DNA from: Eledone cirrhosa
Taxonomy: Eukaryota
DNA: 64,000 bases
Reading direction: 5' to 3'
NCBI GenBank assembly: GCA_964016885.1
Contig: OZ024745.1
Coordinates: forward strand, 124,558,001-124,622,000
Shown: positions 13,696 through 27,157 of the stretch, piece by piece
How positions within the stretch are numbered: position 1 is the stretch's first letter
Layout: each line of letters starts with the position of its first letter
Program-made: the position numbers and the translations under genes
Notes under the pieces: model-generated
The model's input: only the letters and a program-made list of their open reading frames with translations
The model's database searches: none
Told to the model about the DNA's origin: nothing

Positions 13696-16600
13696 TTACA
13701 GACACATACTCAGAGAAGGCCCATTCATTCGGGCCATACTTGCTTCTCTCACCCATCTTTCAACAAAATGCTGGGAAGAGAGCACTTCCCTCTCTACCCT
13801 GATTTTCCTTTTCAAATGAAATTTGAAAAAGTTAATCAGGGCATCACCGAAGAGGTAAGTGCTCGTCTTCAGCCCTTTCAAACGTGTCCACCATACTATC
13901 TCTTTCGCCATGGCCACCAGACAGATAAAAACTTCCTGCCCTTCCCGGCTAAAGGAAGAGGGCGGGGCAATCCTCACGATGGACTCAGCTGATAGCTGGA
14001 TCCGTCCTACACGTGACAGCAGGTGTTCGACATAAACCCACAAGTCAGCAATGCTCGGACACTGGACGAGTGTGTGCAGGACGGTTTCGTCGCCCTGTGC
14101 GCATCTCGGACATGCCCGGCTGACGGCACCTCCATGCCTGTAGAGTTTATCCCGAACTGGCAAAGCTCCCCGGTAGCACTGCCAGGCCAGGGATTTCTGG
14201 AAGTTGTCCATAGGCCCCGGCCCGAAAGTCCTTCCGAAGAGATTGACTAGTTGATTTTCGTCGACGCCTAGAGTTTCTCCAAGTACGTCGTCGCTCTTCC
14301 CCTCCACTAATCCCCGATAGAACGCCAAGGTGGAGTTTCCACCGATCACATTGCCCGATTGGTCGAGGGCTGTGAGCGCCTGAAGACATTCCAGTCTCTA
14401 AGCGCTCCCTCTCGGTCTTCGCTTGACCCAGGACTGCAACTCTGTCAAGGAGACGAGCTGGGGAAAAACGTGTCTAGCAAACGGCGACCACACCTGATCA
14501 CCGTCGAGGAAGAGGTGGAGATGTCGTAGCCTGAGCGCGTGTCTGCGCATCATCAGCCACGGCATGCCCAGCCCTCCACGTAGCGGGTGTTGACAGCAGA
14601 TGGACCGCCTGACCATCGGAGCACGTCCCTTCCACAAGAAGCGAAAGAGCAAACGCTCCAGCGCAGTCAGGCGGGGCTTAGGACAAGGTACGACGGTCAG
14701 GCGGTAGTAGATGACGGACGCGATGTACGCGTTAACCACCTCGGATCGACCTTTCAGGGATAGTTTCATCTCCGCCCATTTCTAGGTGAGAGAAGCCATC
14801 CTGCTCGTCACCTCGTCCCAGTTTTTGTCCGTCTGGAGGTCCGGACCGAACCTGACCCCTAGCAATTTAACCGGTCCGTCCGTCCAGCGCCCGACGACGC
14901 TGTTGGACGGCATGTACCTGCCTCTCCAGGCTCCGGCCTGCAGGCCCACTGAATTTTCCTGGTTGATCATTGCTCCTGTCACCGCTTCGTATTCTCTTAG
15001 TGTAGTGCCGATCGCCTCGATGTGTTTGGCGTTCGACACCACTACGCTGACATCGTCCGCATATGCTGACACGGATCTTCCGCATCCTAGTTCGCGCGGG
15101 ACGCCCCTCAACGTCTCCAGTTTGTGCAGTAATGGCTCGAAAGTCAATACGTACAAGAGGGACGAGAGGGGATATCCTTGGCGGACCGAGCACATGATGT
15201 TGAACGGTTCCGAAAGGTGACCGTTTACTCTCACCACAGAGCAGATGTCGCTGTGCATGGCAGCGACCCAGCCTCTGAAGACGGGCCCAAAGCCAGCCGC
15301 CTTCAGGACTGCCGCTAGGTAACGATGGTCGACCCTATCGAAAGCTTTCGACTGATCTAAATTGATCAAGGACCCACCCGTGCCAGGTTCCCTAGCTACC
15401 CTCCTCTCTACGATGTATCGCATGAGGTGGAGGTTGTCGTGGATGGATCTGTCGGGAAAGGCACATGTCTGCGCCTCTCCAACCAGACCACCAACGAGAA
15501 GCACCAACCTCTTTGCTAGCACCTTGGCCAAAATCTTGAACTCTGTGTTTAGCAGATTTATGGGCCTGAAATAATCTATGTTATCCCCCTTGTTCGGATC
15601 CTTTCTCAGCAGTGCCATCGCTCCTCGGCTCACAGAGCTGGGAATTCTCCCGTTCTGTTGCCAGTTGGAATAGACGTCCGCCAAGAGGCCTGCGAACAAG
15701 TCTGGAATCTGTACGTAAAGTTCATAGGGCAGACTATTCAAACCAGGCGATTTACCCCTTGTGCAGCCAGTCATTGCCTCCCGTACTTCAGCGGCTGTTA
15801 TCGGCTTTTCGCAACACTCCGCCTCAGTGGCCGAGAGCCGCGGCAGTCCGGCGATGTAGACACTAAAGTCCATCCCTCGACCCGGCCCACCGCTGCCCCC
15901 AAACAGCTGAGCGAAGTGTCGCTGTAAAGCTTCACACATTTCCCCCGGATCGAGTAGCATGCGCCCGTCGTATTCCATCAAAGACCGGATCGTGGTTTTG
16001 TTGCCACGACGCGCCTCCGCCACTCGGGCCCATTGAACGGCTTTCGTCCCCTCGTGTCTGAGAGCACGCACCCTAGCTCTGACAACGCAGCCTTCGTGCT
16101 TTGCATTGAAGAATTGGTCAAGGGCCAATTTCGCCGCAAGTACGTCGGTCGCGATGCCTTTGCTAAGCGCCTCGTCTAATTTTCTAACTAGTTCTCCCTC
16201 TGCTCTATTTTTCTCTATTGCTAAAGCCTTTCTAAACCTAATGGACTCTATTCTAATCGCTCTTTCAGAGCAAACAACCACTTATTCTTGACGATGTCCC
16301 CCGTCAACGCCCGCTTAACTAGTTTCGCTAATCCGGTCTCTGTAGTCCTTGCGCGCTGGTAAGGACGCGTTTAGCTTCCAGTAGCCGGGTCCTCGTCTAT
16401 GAAGCCTATCTAAGTCAAGCACACAGATCACAAATTTGTGGTCCGCGTAGCTGACTATCTTGAATTGTGGTCAGCCTATGATAGACCTATCTATTTCCCT
16501 ACAAAATACTCTATCTAGATATGATCTGGATGACCCTATGCGGTTTGTCCAAGTCCACATTGGCACATTCGGGAAATTCAATCGGTACCTGTCAGACAGT

Positions 16601-17105
16601 TCAAAACGCCTGAGCAGGTTGGTGAGGCTCTTGCACCCTCCTCCCCTATCCGCTAATCCCACACAGTCCCAGCGTGCATCTATGATCCCGTTCCAGTCGC
16701 CCACTAACACTAAAGAGCGGGACGTTCCTAGAAAGGGCTCCAGACGCCGGAAAAAATCAGGCCGCCCTGCTCCTGTCGGGGCATAGACGGCGACTAGCCT
16801 GAAAGCTTGCCCGTCTCCGCTGGTCACGTCTAGCACCACCAACTTACCTTCTGGGTCCACGAAGATGGCCCGTATGCCGAGATCCAACCTCTCGGAAAAA
16901 GCACAGCAACTCCTCCCCCCGATCCAGGACGGCTGGGAGATGCGTACACATCGTAGCCGCCGAAGATCGGTACGAAGGAGATTCTGGTCTCGCTGATGGC
17001 CACTACATCTATGTTTAGTGACCTGAGGTCGTTGAGCAGGTGGCCCTGCTTCGATGACGACCCCAAGCCACGCGCATTTATGCTGCCTATTCTGAGTGCG
17101 GTCAT
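13696..17105 (-). pseudogene. LINE ORF2: apurinic endonuclease, reverse transcriptase and C-terminal zinc finger (frameshifts and stops)
   Basis: APE motifs SINARG, ISET, VYAP, GDWN, YLDRVF; RT motifs GKSPG, FRPINLLN, DQSKAFDRVDH, VRQG.PLS and YADD (15052-15063); CPRC...H..VQC. Split over ORFs 16830-17105, 16471-17139, 14782-16281, 14398-14769 and 13696-14349. Confidence 0.93.
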
Positions 17106-17139
17106 GTTGAAATGGAGTGGAAAAGATGGGAAAGACCAC

Positions 17140-19119
17140 TTACCTCACTTCTCGTAGAGGAGGGATGGTTTTTTCATCCTTTTCACTGCTTGTGGCCTCC
17201 TCCGGAAGGATGTCCTTATAAATCCTCCTGGAGAGTGCTTGTCGGAAGTCTCCGATGTCTTTGTGGAATTTTTGTTTTAGTGTCGTGTACCTTTTCTGTG
17301 TGATGCGAGTGATTTGTATGTGTGAAGGTGGTGTGAACATTTGGGTTGTCTTTTTCTGTGATGCTGGTGTTGTGTTGGATGTAATGTAATAATTGGTTGT
17401 TGTTCAAATTTAATGCTGTGTAGTGTGTCTCGTTTTGGTTGTTTTGTTTTGTTTGCGTTTGTTGTGGGTTTGTTTCTGTTTCGATTTTTGGTGACTTTTG
17501 TGGTGTTGGTGATGGTGGTGTTGGGGTTAATGATGGTGATGGTGTTGGTGTTTGTGGTGACGGGATTGGTGATGCTGGTGTGGATGGTGGCATAGCTGTT
17601 CTAACCTTTAATAGTTGTTCTAACCATTTTGTTTGATAGTTTATTTGTTTCCCTCTGTATTTTGTTTTTGGAGGGGGAAGGGAGGGGATTTTTTTCTTTT
17701 TTGGCTTCTTTTTCTTTTTTTACTTTTTGCCTGATACAGTTTCCCACTCATCGTCGTCACAATCTGTCTCCAGTTGCGATAGGTCGGGGAGTGGAAAATC
17801 CTCCGCAGGCGTTGGTTTTGGTTGTGGCGTGGTGGATGGTGGAGGCGCTGGTGCCAGTTCTGGCGCTGTGGGTGGTGGTGGTGTTGGTTTTGCTACTGTT
17901 GCTGGGGTTGTTGCTGCTACAGTTGCTTCTGTTGTTGCTGCTACAGTTGTTGCTGCCATTTCTGCTGCTGGTGGTGTTGATGGTTGAGTCACTGGGGTGG
18001 GTAAGAGAGGAGGCCTCAACTTTTTAGCCTGAGGGCAGAAAGCCTTTAGGTGGGTTCCTTCACCACAAACGACACACCTAGGCCTTCTAACCTCGACGAT
18101 TACGGTGAGGTGGCTGCCGTCAGTGAGGTCTATAACCTCTGGGATTTCCTCATTGCTTTTCTGGTCCGCTTGGATCAGGAGCGCCATCTCAGATCCGGAC
18201 CAGTTCTCCTGCTTTTCTTTTGATATTTCAATTATGTTGGTGTTGGCCTCGATGCCGGCGAGGACGGCAGCCATTAGCCAGGGAATGTCCATGGCCGGTG
18301 GAACGTGGGTCACCCTGATCTTCACAAGTCTCTGGCCACAATAGCTTGGGACGAGTGTGAAGTCGTCGCTTCTTAATGGGGCCATGGAGTGTTTTCTGGC
18401 CTCCTGTGTTGTTTCAAAGAACACGTCCACTGTTCCATATTTCTGCCCACGTCTGATGTGGGTTTTTCCGCCCACACATGTCCCAAAGCTTTTTGGATTT
18501 GGGACTCGGATGCCCGTTCCACTCGGCGCGATTTTCTCTTAATCGTCCGATAAGACACGGTGCATAGGCGCCGATGCGACATTTAGGTGTGGGGGGGGGG
18601 GGGGTGATCCTGTATCCATCTTTCTTTACCATTCTCTTGGCTTCATTTAATTTCTCCTGAGTTACCTCGTTTCGCATTTCTTGGCTGCTTTGGCAAAAGA
18701 CACATTTGCGGTGGTGTTGATGTTTTTGTTGTTATTCTCATTGTTGTTGTTGCTGTTGTTGTTATTGTTATTTTTGTTATTGTTATTTTTAGTTTCAGTT
18801 GTGGTCGTGGTGGCGTCAGTGGTGTTCCGTGTGGAAGAGTCTATTCTGGGTGAATCCATTTCGATGTCACGAGATAATAATTTATTTTTTTCTTTTGTTT
18901 TTCTGTTGTCGCTGTGGTGGTGGTGGTGGCGGCGGCTTTAACACCTGCCGTTTTTGGTAATACCGGGAAATGAATGTCTGCATGAGACAAATTTAAATTA
19001 TTGCTACTGCTTATAATTTTAGTGTTGGCAAACGTAGTAATATTTACAATGGTGGTGTCGGTGTGAGGTGTTATTTTGTGAGGAAGGCTATCAGCCTGGT
19101 GTAGCTGTGAGTCGTCCAT
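17140..19119 (-). pseudogene. LINE ORF1 (gag-like, frameshifted)
   Basis: SFAKAAKK motif, CVVCGEGTHLKAFC knuckle and Pro/Thr-rich linker directly upstream of ORF2. Confidence 0.75.
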
Positions 19120-19410
19120 GATTATTTCAAAGAAATTTTTTGTTTGATAATTATAAAAGTTTAAAATTTGGGCTCAAAGCCCCAATCTTTTTGAGTGTCC
19201 TTTTCCGAAAGCAAATTTTGTGACCTTATAAACACTTAACAACAAAATTTTTCCATAAATGGCAATTTGAAACAACTGAAATATGTATGCGCATCCATTG
19301 ATTTCGGGGTCCTCTTTTGACCACCACTGTATAGCAGAGTAGCTTCTTCAAAAACAGGCCTCTCATCAGGGGTTCCGACAAAAATACGAAAATTGATAGA
19401 AGCGAGTCGC

Positions 19411-19800
19411 CAGAATTGAAAGACAGCTTGATACTTTCCAACAAATATATCTCCGAAAGATCCTGGGTAACAGATGGCAAGACAAGATCACAAATGAAGA
19501 TATTCTTCGAAGAGACAAAAACACATGGCTGAGACTTGTCATCAAAAGCAGAGGAATGCAGATGGCACTGCATGTCTTGTGAATGGGTAAAATATCCTAG
19601 CAAGATCTACATTGTCATGGTTGACAGCTAGTGGTAAACGTCCAAAGATTATATCAAAGAAGAAGACCCGGATATACAGCCTAAACGATGACCTGCGCAG
19701 TCGTAGCACGAACTGGTTTCAAGCAGCAATCCTTGCCAGAGACAGAGAAAAAGGGAAGAGCATAGCCGCCCGTTGCTGTGAGCCTCGAGGAACCAAATGG
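19411..19800 (+). mobile_element. RTE-clade LINE 3' fragment
   Basis: Translates to RQLDTFQQIYLRKILGNRWQDKITNEDILRR and [19 protein letters not shown], typical of the RTE ORF C-terminus. Confidence 0.8.
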
Positions 19801-19823
19801 CAATATATATATATATATATATA

Positions 19824-19863
<40 letters not shown>

Positions 19864-20002
19864 TAGACATACATGCACACACGCACATACATACACTCAC
19901 ATATATATATGTATATATATATATACATACATATATATATATATATGTATGTATATACATATATATACATATATATATGTATATATATATAATTATATAT
20001 GC

Positions 20003-20037
<35 letters not shown>

Positions 20038-20309
20038 TGTATGTATGTATGTATGTATGTATGTATGTATGTATGTATGTGCTTCACGGCACAGGCATTG
20101 CTTTATATCTGGAGATCTCTCTGCACTTGTCGTCACATGGTATCATGGGCCCAGCACTGTGTCAATAATTGTCACAAGTGTAGTGTTTGTACCAGAGTTT
20201 TCAAGTAGCTGGCTGGACTAAAAAGTCACACTCCTTCAGCGCATTGGTAGGGCTTCTCCTACATGGATATAAAGTAGTGGCCGTACTCGAAAACGAGTTG
20301 GCAGCCACC

Positions 20310-20380
<71 letters not shown>

Positions 20381-21114
20381 GAGTGGGAGAGAAATAAATG
20401 AATATATATGTCAGAACATATGTATCCCGAATCGGTTTCCATGCGGAGAAGCGTGTTTGTTGGTGGTTTAAAATCTTCGCCGGCAATGATAGACAGGTAA
20501 GAATATATATGTATTCATAATCTTGTTATGCCTACATTTATATGAATTTATATATAGGTGCACTCATATCTGTAATTGACATGAATTATGCATACCATCA
20601 CATTTATGTAAACATACGTAATATAGACAATGCTGGATTGACTCACAACACCAATACCAAATATAACGAAAGGAAACCATACACAAATAATTGTTATTCA
20701 TATTATTATGAAGACATTATATAAATATTAGAATTCATTCCAAAGACGAAAGCTGGGTTTTCTTTGTTTGATAGAGGAGCAATGACTTGTATTTACAGAA
20801 CGATTTGATTTCAGTCAGTTATCTTTTCATAGTTAACAGAATCATTGGTTATTCTAGTATATGTTTCAATGCATAAGATAATGTAATATTTTCATGCATA
20901 CGGCTCTGTAGGAGTTTATTTCTGTCAGTAAGAATGTTCATGTATTCACTCAATCTTGTTTACATACATAGCTACATATAGATATGCATGCACATGAATA
21001 GATGTGTGTCAAATATATCTTTGGTACAAGCATGTATATATTTGTATGAGGTTTTCATTTATGGTTTTGGTACACTTTAGATAGAAGTGATTCATATATA
21101 TGTACACACTACCC

Positions 21115-21161
<47 letters not shown>

Positions 21162-21200
21162 CTCTCTATATATATATGTATATATATAAATATATATATA

Positions 21201-21242
<42 letters not shown>

Positions 21243-21257
21243 TATATATATATATTT

Positions 21258-21560
21258 ATTAAAATAACAGATTAAAGTTTAAGCAAAGAATCGCTGCTTT
21301 CACCCTTAACGGGATCTATCTTCTGAAACTAACAAAGTCAATCTGTGAACGCAGAAGTGAATATTTCAAAAAACGTTGCAACCGCAGGAAGACAGGAAGA
21401 CGATACTTTGGTTCGTGGAAAGGTTCCCTGGAAAGGGAACGGGGAAAAACGAATATAATACGCCATTATTTGGAGCGGTGAAAAACAATTACACGCAAAG
21501 ACAAAACCACGTTTATGGTATAAAAGAAGTCGTAGACAAATATTCTCTTAGGTGGTTCAT
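21258..21560 (-). mobile_element. Family E element abutting (TA)n
   Basis: Similar to 5696-5855 and 56209-56610. Confidence 0.8.
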
Positions 21561-21591
21561 ATTATTATTATTATTATTACTATATATATAT

Positions 21592-21948
21592 TAGAAAGTG
21601 AGGTTTTTTTTACAAATTGAAAAATAACCGATGTGTCCTACACGAGTGAAAGTATTAAGAAAAAGAGATGAAATCGAAAATACAACTGGAGTCTTATTTT
21701 TTTTTAAAATATATATATTTATTTGGTTCCTTTACCGGTTTCGCAGTTCTTCTGCTTTTCAAAAGTAGAGTTGAGATGGAGGGTCGGTGGTTTTTCTCAC
21801 ATCTGATGCGAGAAAAACCACAGACCCTCCATCTCAACTCTACTTTTGAAAAGCAGAAGAACTGCGAAACCGGTAAAGGAACCAAATAAATATATATATT
21901 TAAAAAAAAAATAAGACTCCAGTTGCATTTTCGGTTTCATCTCTTTTT

Positions 21949-21950
<2 letters not shown>
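21592..21950. mobile_element. Family B fold-back element with two opposed hammerheads (21730-21765 -, 21843-21878 +)
   Basis: Near-perfect palindrome centred on tctcacatctgatgcgaga; both arms keep TTGAAAA-gcag-aagaa-ctgc-GAAACCGGTA-aag; (TA)n flanks. Confidence 0.85.
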
Positions 21951-21990
<40 letters not shown>

Positions 21991-21992
<2 letters not shown>

Positions 21993-22185
21993 CAAAGGAA
22001 TGGTGGTAAGGAACCAGATAGACCCTAACGCACCAGAGTACTCAATACTTAGCGTAGTAGAGTGGGAATAGGAAAAAGTATGACCCTGACGGCAGAGCCC
22101 AAGCCGTTTCGACGGCTATTTCTGGCATCAGTCCAGAAATAGCCGTCGAAACGGCTTGAGCTCTGCCGCCGGCGTCATACTTTTT

Positions 22186-22188
<3 letters not shown>
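21991..22188 (-). mobile_element. Family A fold-back element in (TA)n
   Basis: Reverse complement of 11437-11640 with a different palindrome centre (ctggcatcagtccag). Confidence 0.85.
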
Positions 22189-22696
<508 letters not shown>

Positions 22697-22840
22697 GGTT
22701 ATGCACGAGTGAATTAAGGTTTTCCAGGACACAATGTTATGTACCGTGTAGGGGAAGGTCAGCTTACAACAGAGTGGTGCTCAACGAAATGCAGAAAATA
22801 GGTGTACATTCCAGTTTAGCTATACTCCGGAGCGTGTATA

Positions 22841-23140
22841 AAGAATCAAAATGAACAGAAAGATGCAGTAAAAGAGATTTATTCGGTTCTAACGTACGTT
22901 TCAATAAACATCAATTTGCCTAGATTTCGCTGCATCTATAATCTAACATCTATAACATCTATAATCTATGATCTAACATAATCTCTGATGATATGGAATC
23001 GATTGTGCATTGGATGTCGAATGCTCTACTAACTATATAATATTATAGATGCAGCGAAATCTAGGCAAATTGATGTCTATTGAAACGTACGTTAGAACCG
23101 AATAAATCTCTTTTACTGCATCTTTCTGTTCTTTTTGATT

Positions 23141-23145
<5 letters not shown>
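22841..23145 (+). mobile_element. Family G fold-back element ending in (TA)n
   Basis: 22841-22944 is the reverse complement of 23044-23145. Confidence 0.85.
22982..23096 (+). ncRNA. Type I hammerhead with long stem-loop II
   Basis: tct-CTGATGA-tatggaatcgatt...aattgatgtctatt-GAAA-cgtacg-TT-aga: stem II pairs with G-U wobbles; stem III is palindromic (ACGTACGT). Confidence 0.65.
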
Positions 23146-23210
<65 letters not shown>

Positions 23211-23265
23211 CGTTTCTGAATTTGTTTATCAAGATACTTTATCTGAAAACGTGTGTTGAAACCGA

Positions 23266-23751
23266 TATTGTTATGCTTTGGGAGGGTCATGTTGCCAATA
23301 AGAAACACACGCACCAGTTGCTTTCACTTCAATTTATTATAAATTAAATTTGATAAATTTAGGAATTTATAAATTTCCGGTTGGTTCGTTGGTTCCACAG
23401 CCAGACGATTGTTCATATATTGTCAAAGTTCTTTCGTCACACATTCTGCACAACAAAAACAAGATGGCGTAGGACAGAACAAAGGAGAGGCACAAAAACA
23501 AAGAAAGAAATTCGCAGTCACTGAAGAGGTCACAGAATCTGTGACGAAAGAACTTTGACAATATATGAACAATCGTCTGGTTGTGGAACCAGCCAACCGG
23601 AAATTTATAAATTCCTAAATTTATAAATATTAATTTATAATAAATTGAAGTGAAAGCTACTGGTACGTGTGCTTCTTATTGGCAACATGACCCTCCCAAA
23701 GCATAACAATATATATATATATTGTTATGCTTTGGGAGGGTCATGCTGCCA

Positions 23752-23752
<1 letters not shown>
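23266..23752 (+). mobile_element. Family C fold-back element derived from the 3' terminus of the PLE at 41592-42610
   Basis: 23266-23448 is inverted at 23533-23711; the sequence matches 41592-41825; an extra terminal stub lies at 23721-23752 in (TA)n. Confidence 0.9.
23517..23559 (+). ncRNA. Minimal type I hammerhead ribozyme
   Basis: gtca-CTGAAGA-g-gtcaca-gaatc-tgtgac-GAAA-gaac-TT-tgac: 4-bp stem I, 6-bp stem II, 2-bp stem III. Confidence 0.8.
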
Positions 23753-23836
<84 letters not shown>

Positions 23837-23907
23837 TACATATATATATATGTGTATATATATATATATATTTATTTATTTATATATATATATATGAATA
23901 TATATAT

Positions 23908-23948
<41 letters not shown>

Positions 23949-25958
23949 GTATGTGCGTGTGTGTGCAATATAAAAATATAGACTAAAATATATTTATTTA
24001 AGTTATATTGCACAATAAATAGCTCAATACAGCTACAAGCTGAAAACTAGATTATGTAGTGCTTATATATACAAATTATATTAAGGCGTAATTATGTATT
24101 GTATATTAAAAGTAAGCATTAAAAGCAAAATTCCATTATAAAATAAAAATATAATTTTTACCTACTAATATTTGCTTATACTGTACGGTTTCATTCGATA
24201 AAAAGATTACTAATTAAGATAATTAACCAGTAATTAAGACGTGAAAATCATTTGTAAGCTTCATCTTAAAACATACATTACAGTGTTTACAAGAAAAATT
24301 CAAGTGATTTTAAAACCTCCTGATAGTATAACGCTCATAACAAAAATGACGTGCTTTTATTATGAAATATAGAAACCGTGTTCGTTGGAAGTTGTCCGGT
24401 TTGAGTTAAAAAGCCAGAGGTTAATAGGGAAGCCTGAAGTAGGTCACTAAGTCATCTAATATAAACAACTCAACCTAGATTAATGTTATCAATTAAAGAG
24501 AGTAACAATAATATAAAAAATAAAGACTAATATATACATATAATATTTGTTTGAAACTTTGTCAGTAATATACATTACATCTCAATGAATAATATCGCTT
24601 AGAATATAATTCAGAGAAGCTTATAAATACAAATATTGGCTCAGAATTGACTAGAAAGAAGATCACATCAAAGCACCTTAAAATAAAAGAACATTACACG
24701 CCTACCTTCTCAGAGGCAAATATTCTTGGTGAAAATTCTTGTCAAGCGATCCAAATACATAGAGTTTAATGAAAATTCTCTCTGATGATCAAGTAAATTT
24801 CTGTATGTGGGGTTTTAGGTTTAATTCATGAGAGTGTGTAAGGCACAGATATGAAGTTTTATGATCATTTAGTATAAAAACTGTTGGTTCAGCTTTAAGT
24901 AAATGAACATTTTAATGGATATCAAGATATATTTATTGGAAATATAAGGGTTGTATCTTCTCATAACGTTAGAGTAAATGAGGAAACTATACAATTGTAT
25001 TCTACGCATAACGGTTACTGTAATAAATAGGAGATTTTACATCTATTATAGAATGTTTCGAGCCATTAATTTTGTGTAGCATTGTTTAATTAGAAAAGCA
25101 AACTGAATTGTTTAATGAAATGCAATGCTTAGTAATATGCATACTGACTAATGTGTTATAGATATAGCAATCCAGAGCAATGTGTTTTAGATATACTTAA
25201 TCAAGGATGATAAAGAAATATAAATTTGTAGCTTAGAATCTGCACCCGTAACCAATACTCCTACCAAGTTTTCTCACAGTAGAACACTATTCATCTTCAA
25301 CACACTCCAATTATCCTTTTTTCCTTTTTGTATAATGAGATCCTATCCTCAAAATACCATGCAATATAAGGTGAATGTGTGCAGTCGTGTTTTATTATAT
25401 TTTTATTTTATTCTAATTTATTTTTTTATTCTTGTAATTCTAATTTGCATTGCACCGACTTTCTGAAAAGAATCATAATTATTTCATGTTTTTTAATCGA
25501 TTCTTATGGAGTCCAAGTGTAGATATTACAGTTTTGTGGTGCTTTGCGAAAAGGCTATATCAAAGATAAGTCGTAAGTAGAATAACGAATATGGTAATAC
25601 AAGTGTTGTTCAGTCGGTTATCCCATCTGTCATTTGAATGTTTAATGTAAGATGTACTGCAGTACGTAGTTTATTATCTCAAATAGTAATTTAATGTTAA
25701 TTCTCAATGAATATTATTAAGTGTTAAACTAAGTAAAGATTATTATAGGTTGTGGCGCAGTTACATTTGGAAAAAAACAGGTAATTAAGCTAGGTTATCA
25801 CCTTTTAGGAATAATTTGAATAATAACCGTTAATGAGGTTCTGAGGACTATTAACAAATTGGATAAGTTCTCAACATACATTAACCGAAAATTATATTAT
25901 CTACATTCTCAGAATATAACGTTTCAAGGTGTGTAATTAAGAGAAAAATATAATTATA

Positions 25959-26707
25959 CTAGCTGAGGTACCCGGCTTCGCCTCGGAGAACAAAGAAAAC
26001 GACTGTATTGGATGTTTTGTCTGGCATGAGGTGAGACTGTAATGTGTGTGTGGGAGAGAGAGAGGGGCATAACAAAAAAATCATAAAACTTCCTTATTAG
26101 GCTGGGGAAGTAAAATGCCGATTAAATGGTAGCATCGATCTTGGATTTTAAATGTTGTAAAATAACCATAATCAGTATGATCTTTTTCAGCTGTAAAGGA
26201 CGTCTTCTGAAACACAGCAATATACCGCATAACATTATTTCTGAAGTATTTCTTCGTTAGTACGGCCTGTAAGTAGTATATGGATAAAAGCTGGAGGGTA
26301 GATTAATTTCAAATGGTATCAATTTTTCTTTGTTCTGTAAAATCAAAGACTGTAAAACGACTTTATAAAAGCTAACGCAATATTGTTAAACCTTCAACTG
26401 ATACTTTTGTCGGACGTCACTCGCTCACTTGCTCTCTCTCACTCTTTCTCTTCCTCTCCCTCCCCCCTCTCTCAATATCTAACACTTTGATTGTATCTCT
26501 CTCTTTATAACGGCTTATCACTCTCTTTCTGCATCTCCCTCTCCCTCTCTCTCTCTCTCTCTCTTTAGATGTGTGTGTATATATTTGTGTGTGTATATAT
26601 ATATATATGTGCGTGCGTATGTGTTTGCGTGATCCAACCAGCCAACCAACCAACCAACAAACCAACCAACAAACCAATAAACACCTTTCTTTTATATTAT
26701 ATATAGA
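25959..26707 (-). mobile_element. Non-autonomous Helitron
   Basis: 5' TCTATATATAATATAAAAG, 3' hairpin ccgaggcgaagccggg then CTAG, inserted between A and T, with internal microsatellites. Confidence 0.8.
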
Positions 26708-26984
26708 TTTCACTTTCTCTATACCTTGATTTACAACAATTGTACTTAGTCTAACTTACTGCATATTTCCAATGCAATGATACGTAAATTCTATAGGCCT
26801 CTTGTATGCAACTTCCACTCAGACATACGAATTAAACTTCTTATTAACATTAGATATATTCTAAATAAACCCTTACATTCCTTTTAATCTACTATAACAC
26901 ACAGTACACGTACAACAATCCAACATTACTATGTAATCCTAAGATAACCAATGTCTACTTTATAAAATGAAAACCACATTAATA

Positions 26985-27157
26985 CAGTGAAATTCCGTTA
27001 TAACAAAATTCACCGTGTACAAAAAACAATCGTTATTACGAAAAATTCTTTATAATGTGATCGACCTAACACATCAAGCGTGTGGCCGAAAATTGAAAAA
27101 AAATGTTTATACTGAAAGATTCGTTATAATGGTATTCGTTATTACGAAATTTTACTT
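26985..27157. mobile_element. Tc1/pogo-type MITE
   Basis: TA-cagtgaaattccgttataac ... gttattacgaaattttact imperfect TIRs. Confidence 0.6.

Larger units (their letters stand above)
13424..19410 (-). mobile_element. Near full-length L1/Tx1-clade LINE, degenerate
   Basis: ORF1 with CCHC knuckle, ORF2 with APE-RT-CCHC, 3' UTR with AATAAA and (ATT)n tail at 13424-13451; GC-rich against the background. The 5' boundary is approximate. Confidence 0.92.

Noticed and set aside
13645-18941. Plus-strand ORFs overlapping the LINE
   Set aside because: Antisense shadows of GC-rich LINE ORFs with no recognisable motifs.
20420-20500. Possible host exon ending in CAG|GTAAGA
   Set aside because: Isolated splice-like signal with no linked exon or recognisable protein; needs RNA-seq.
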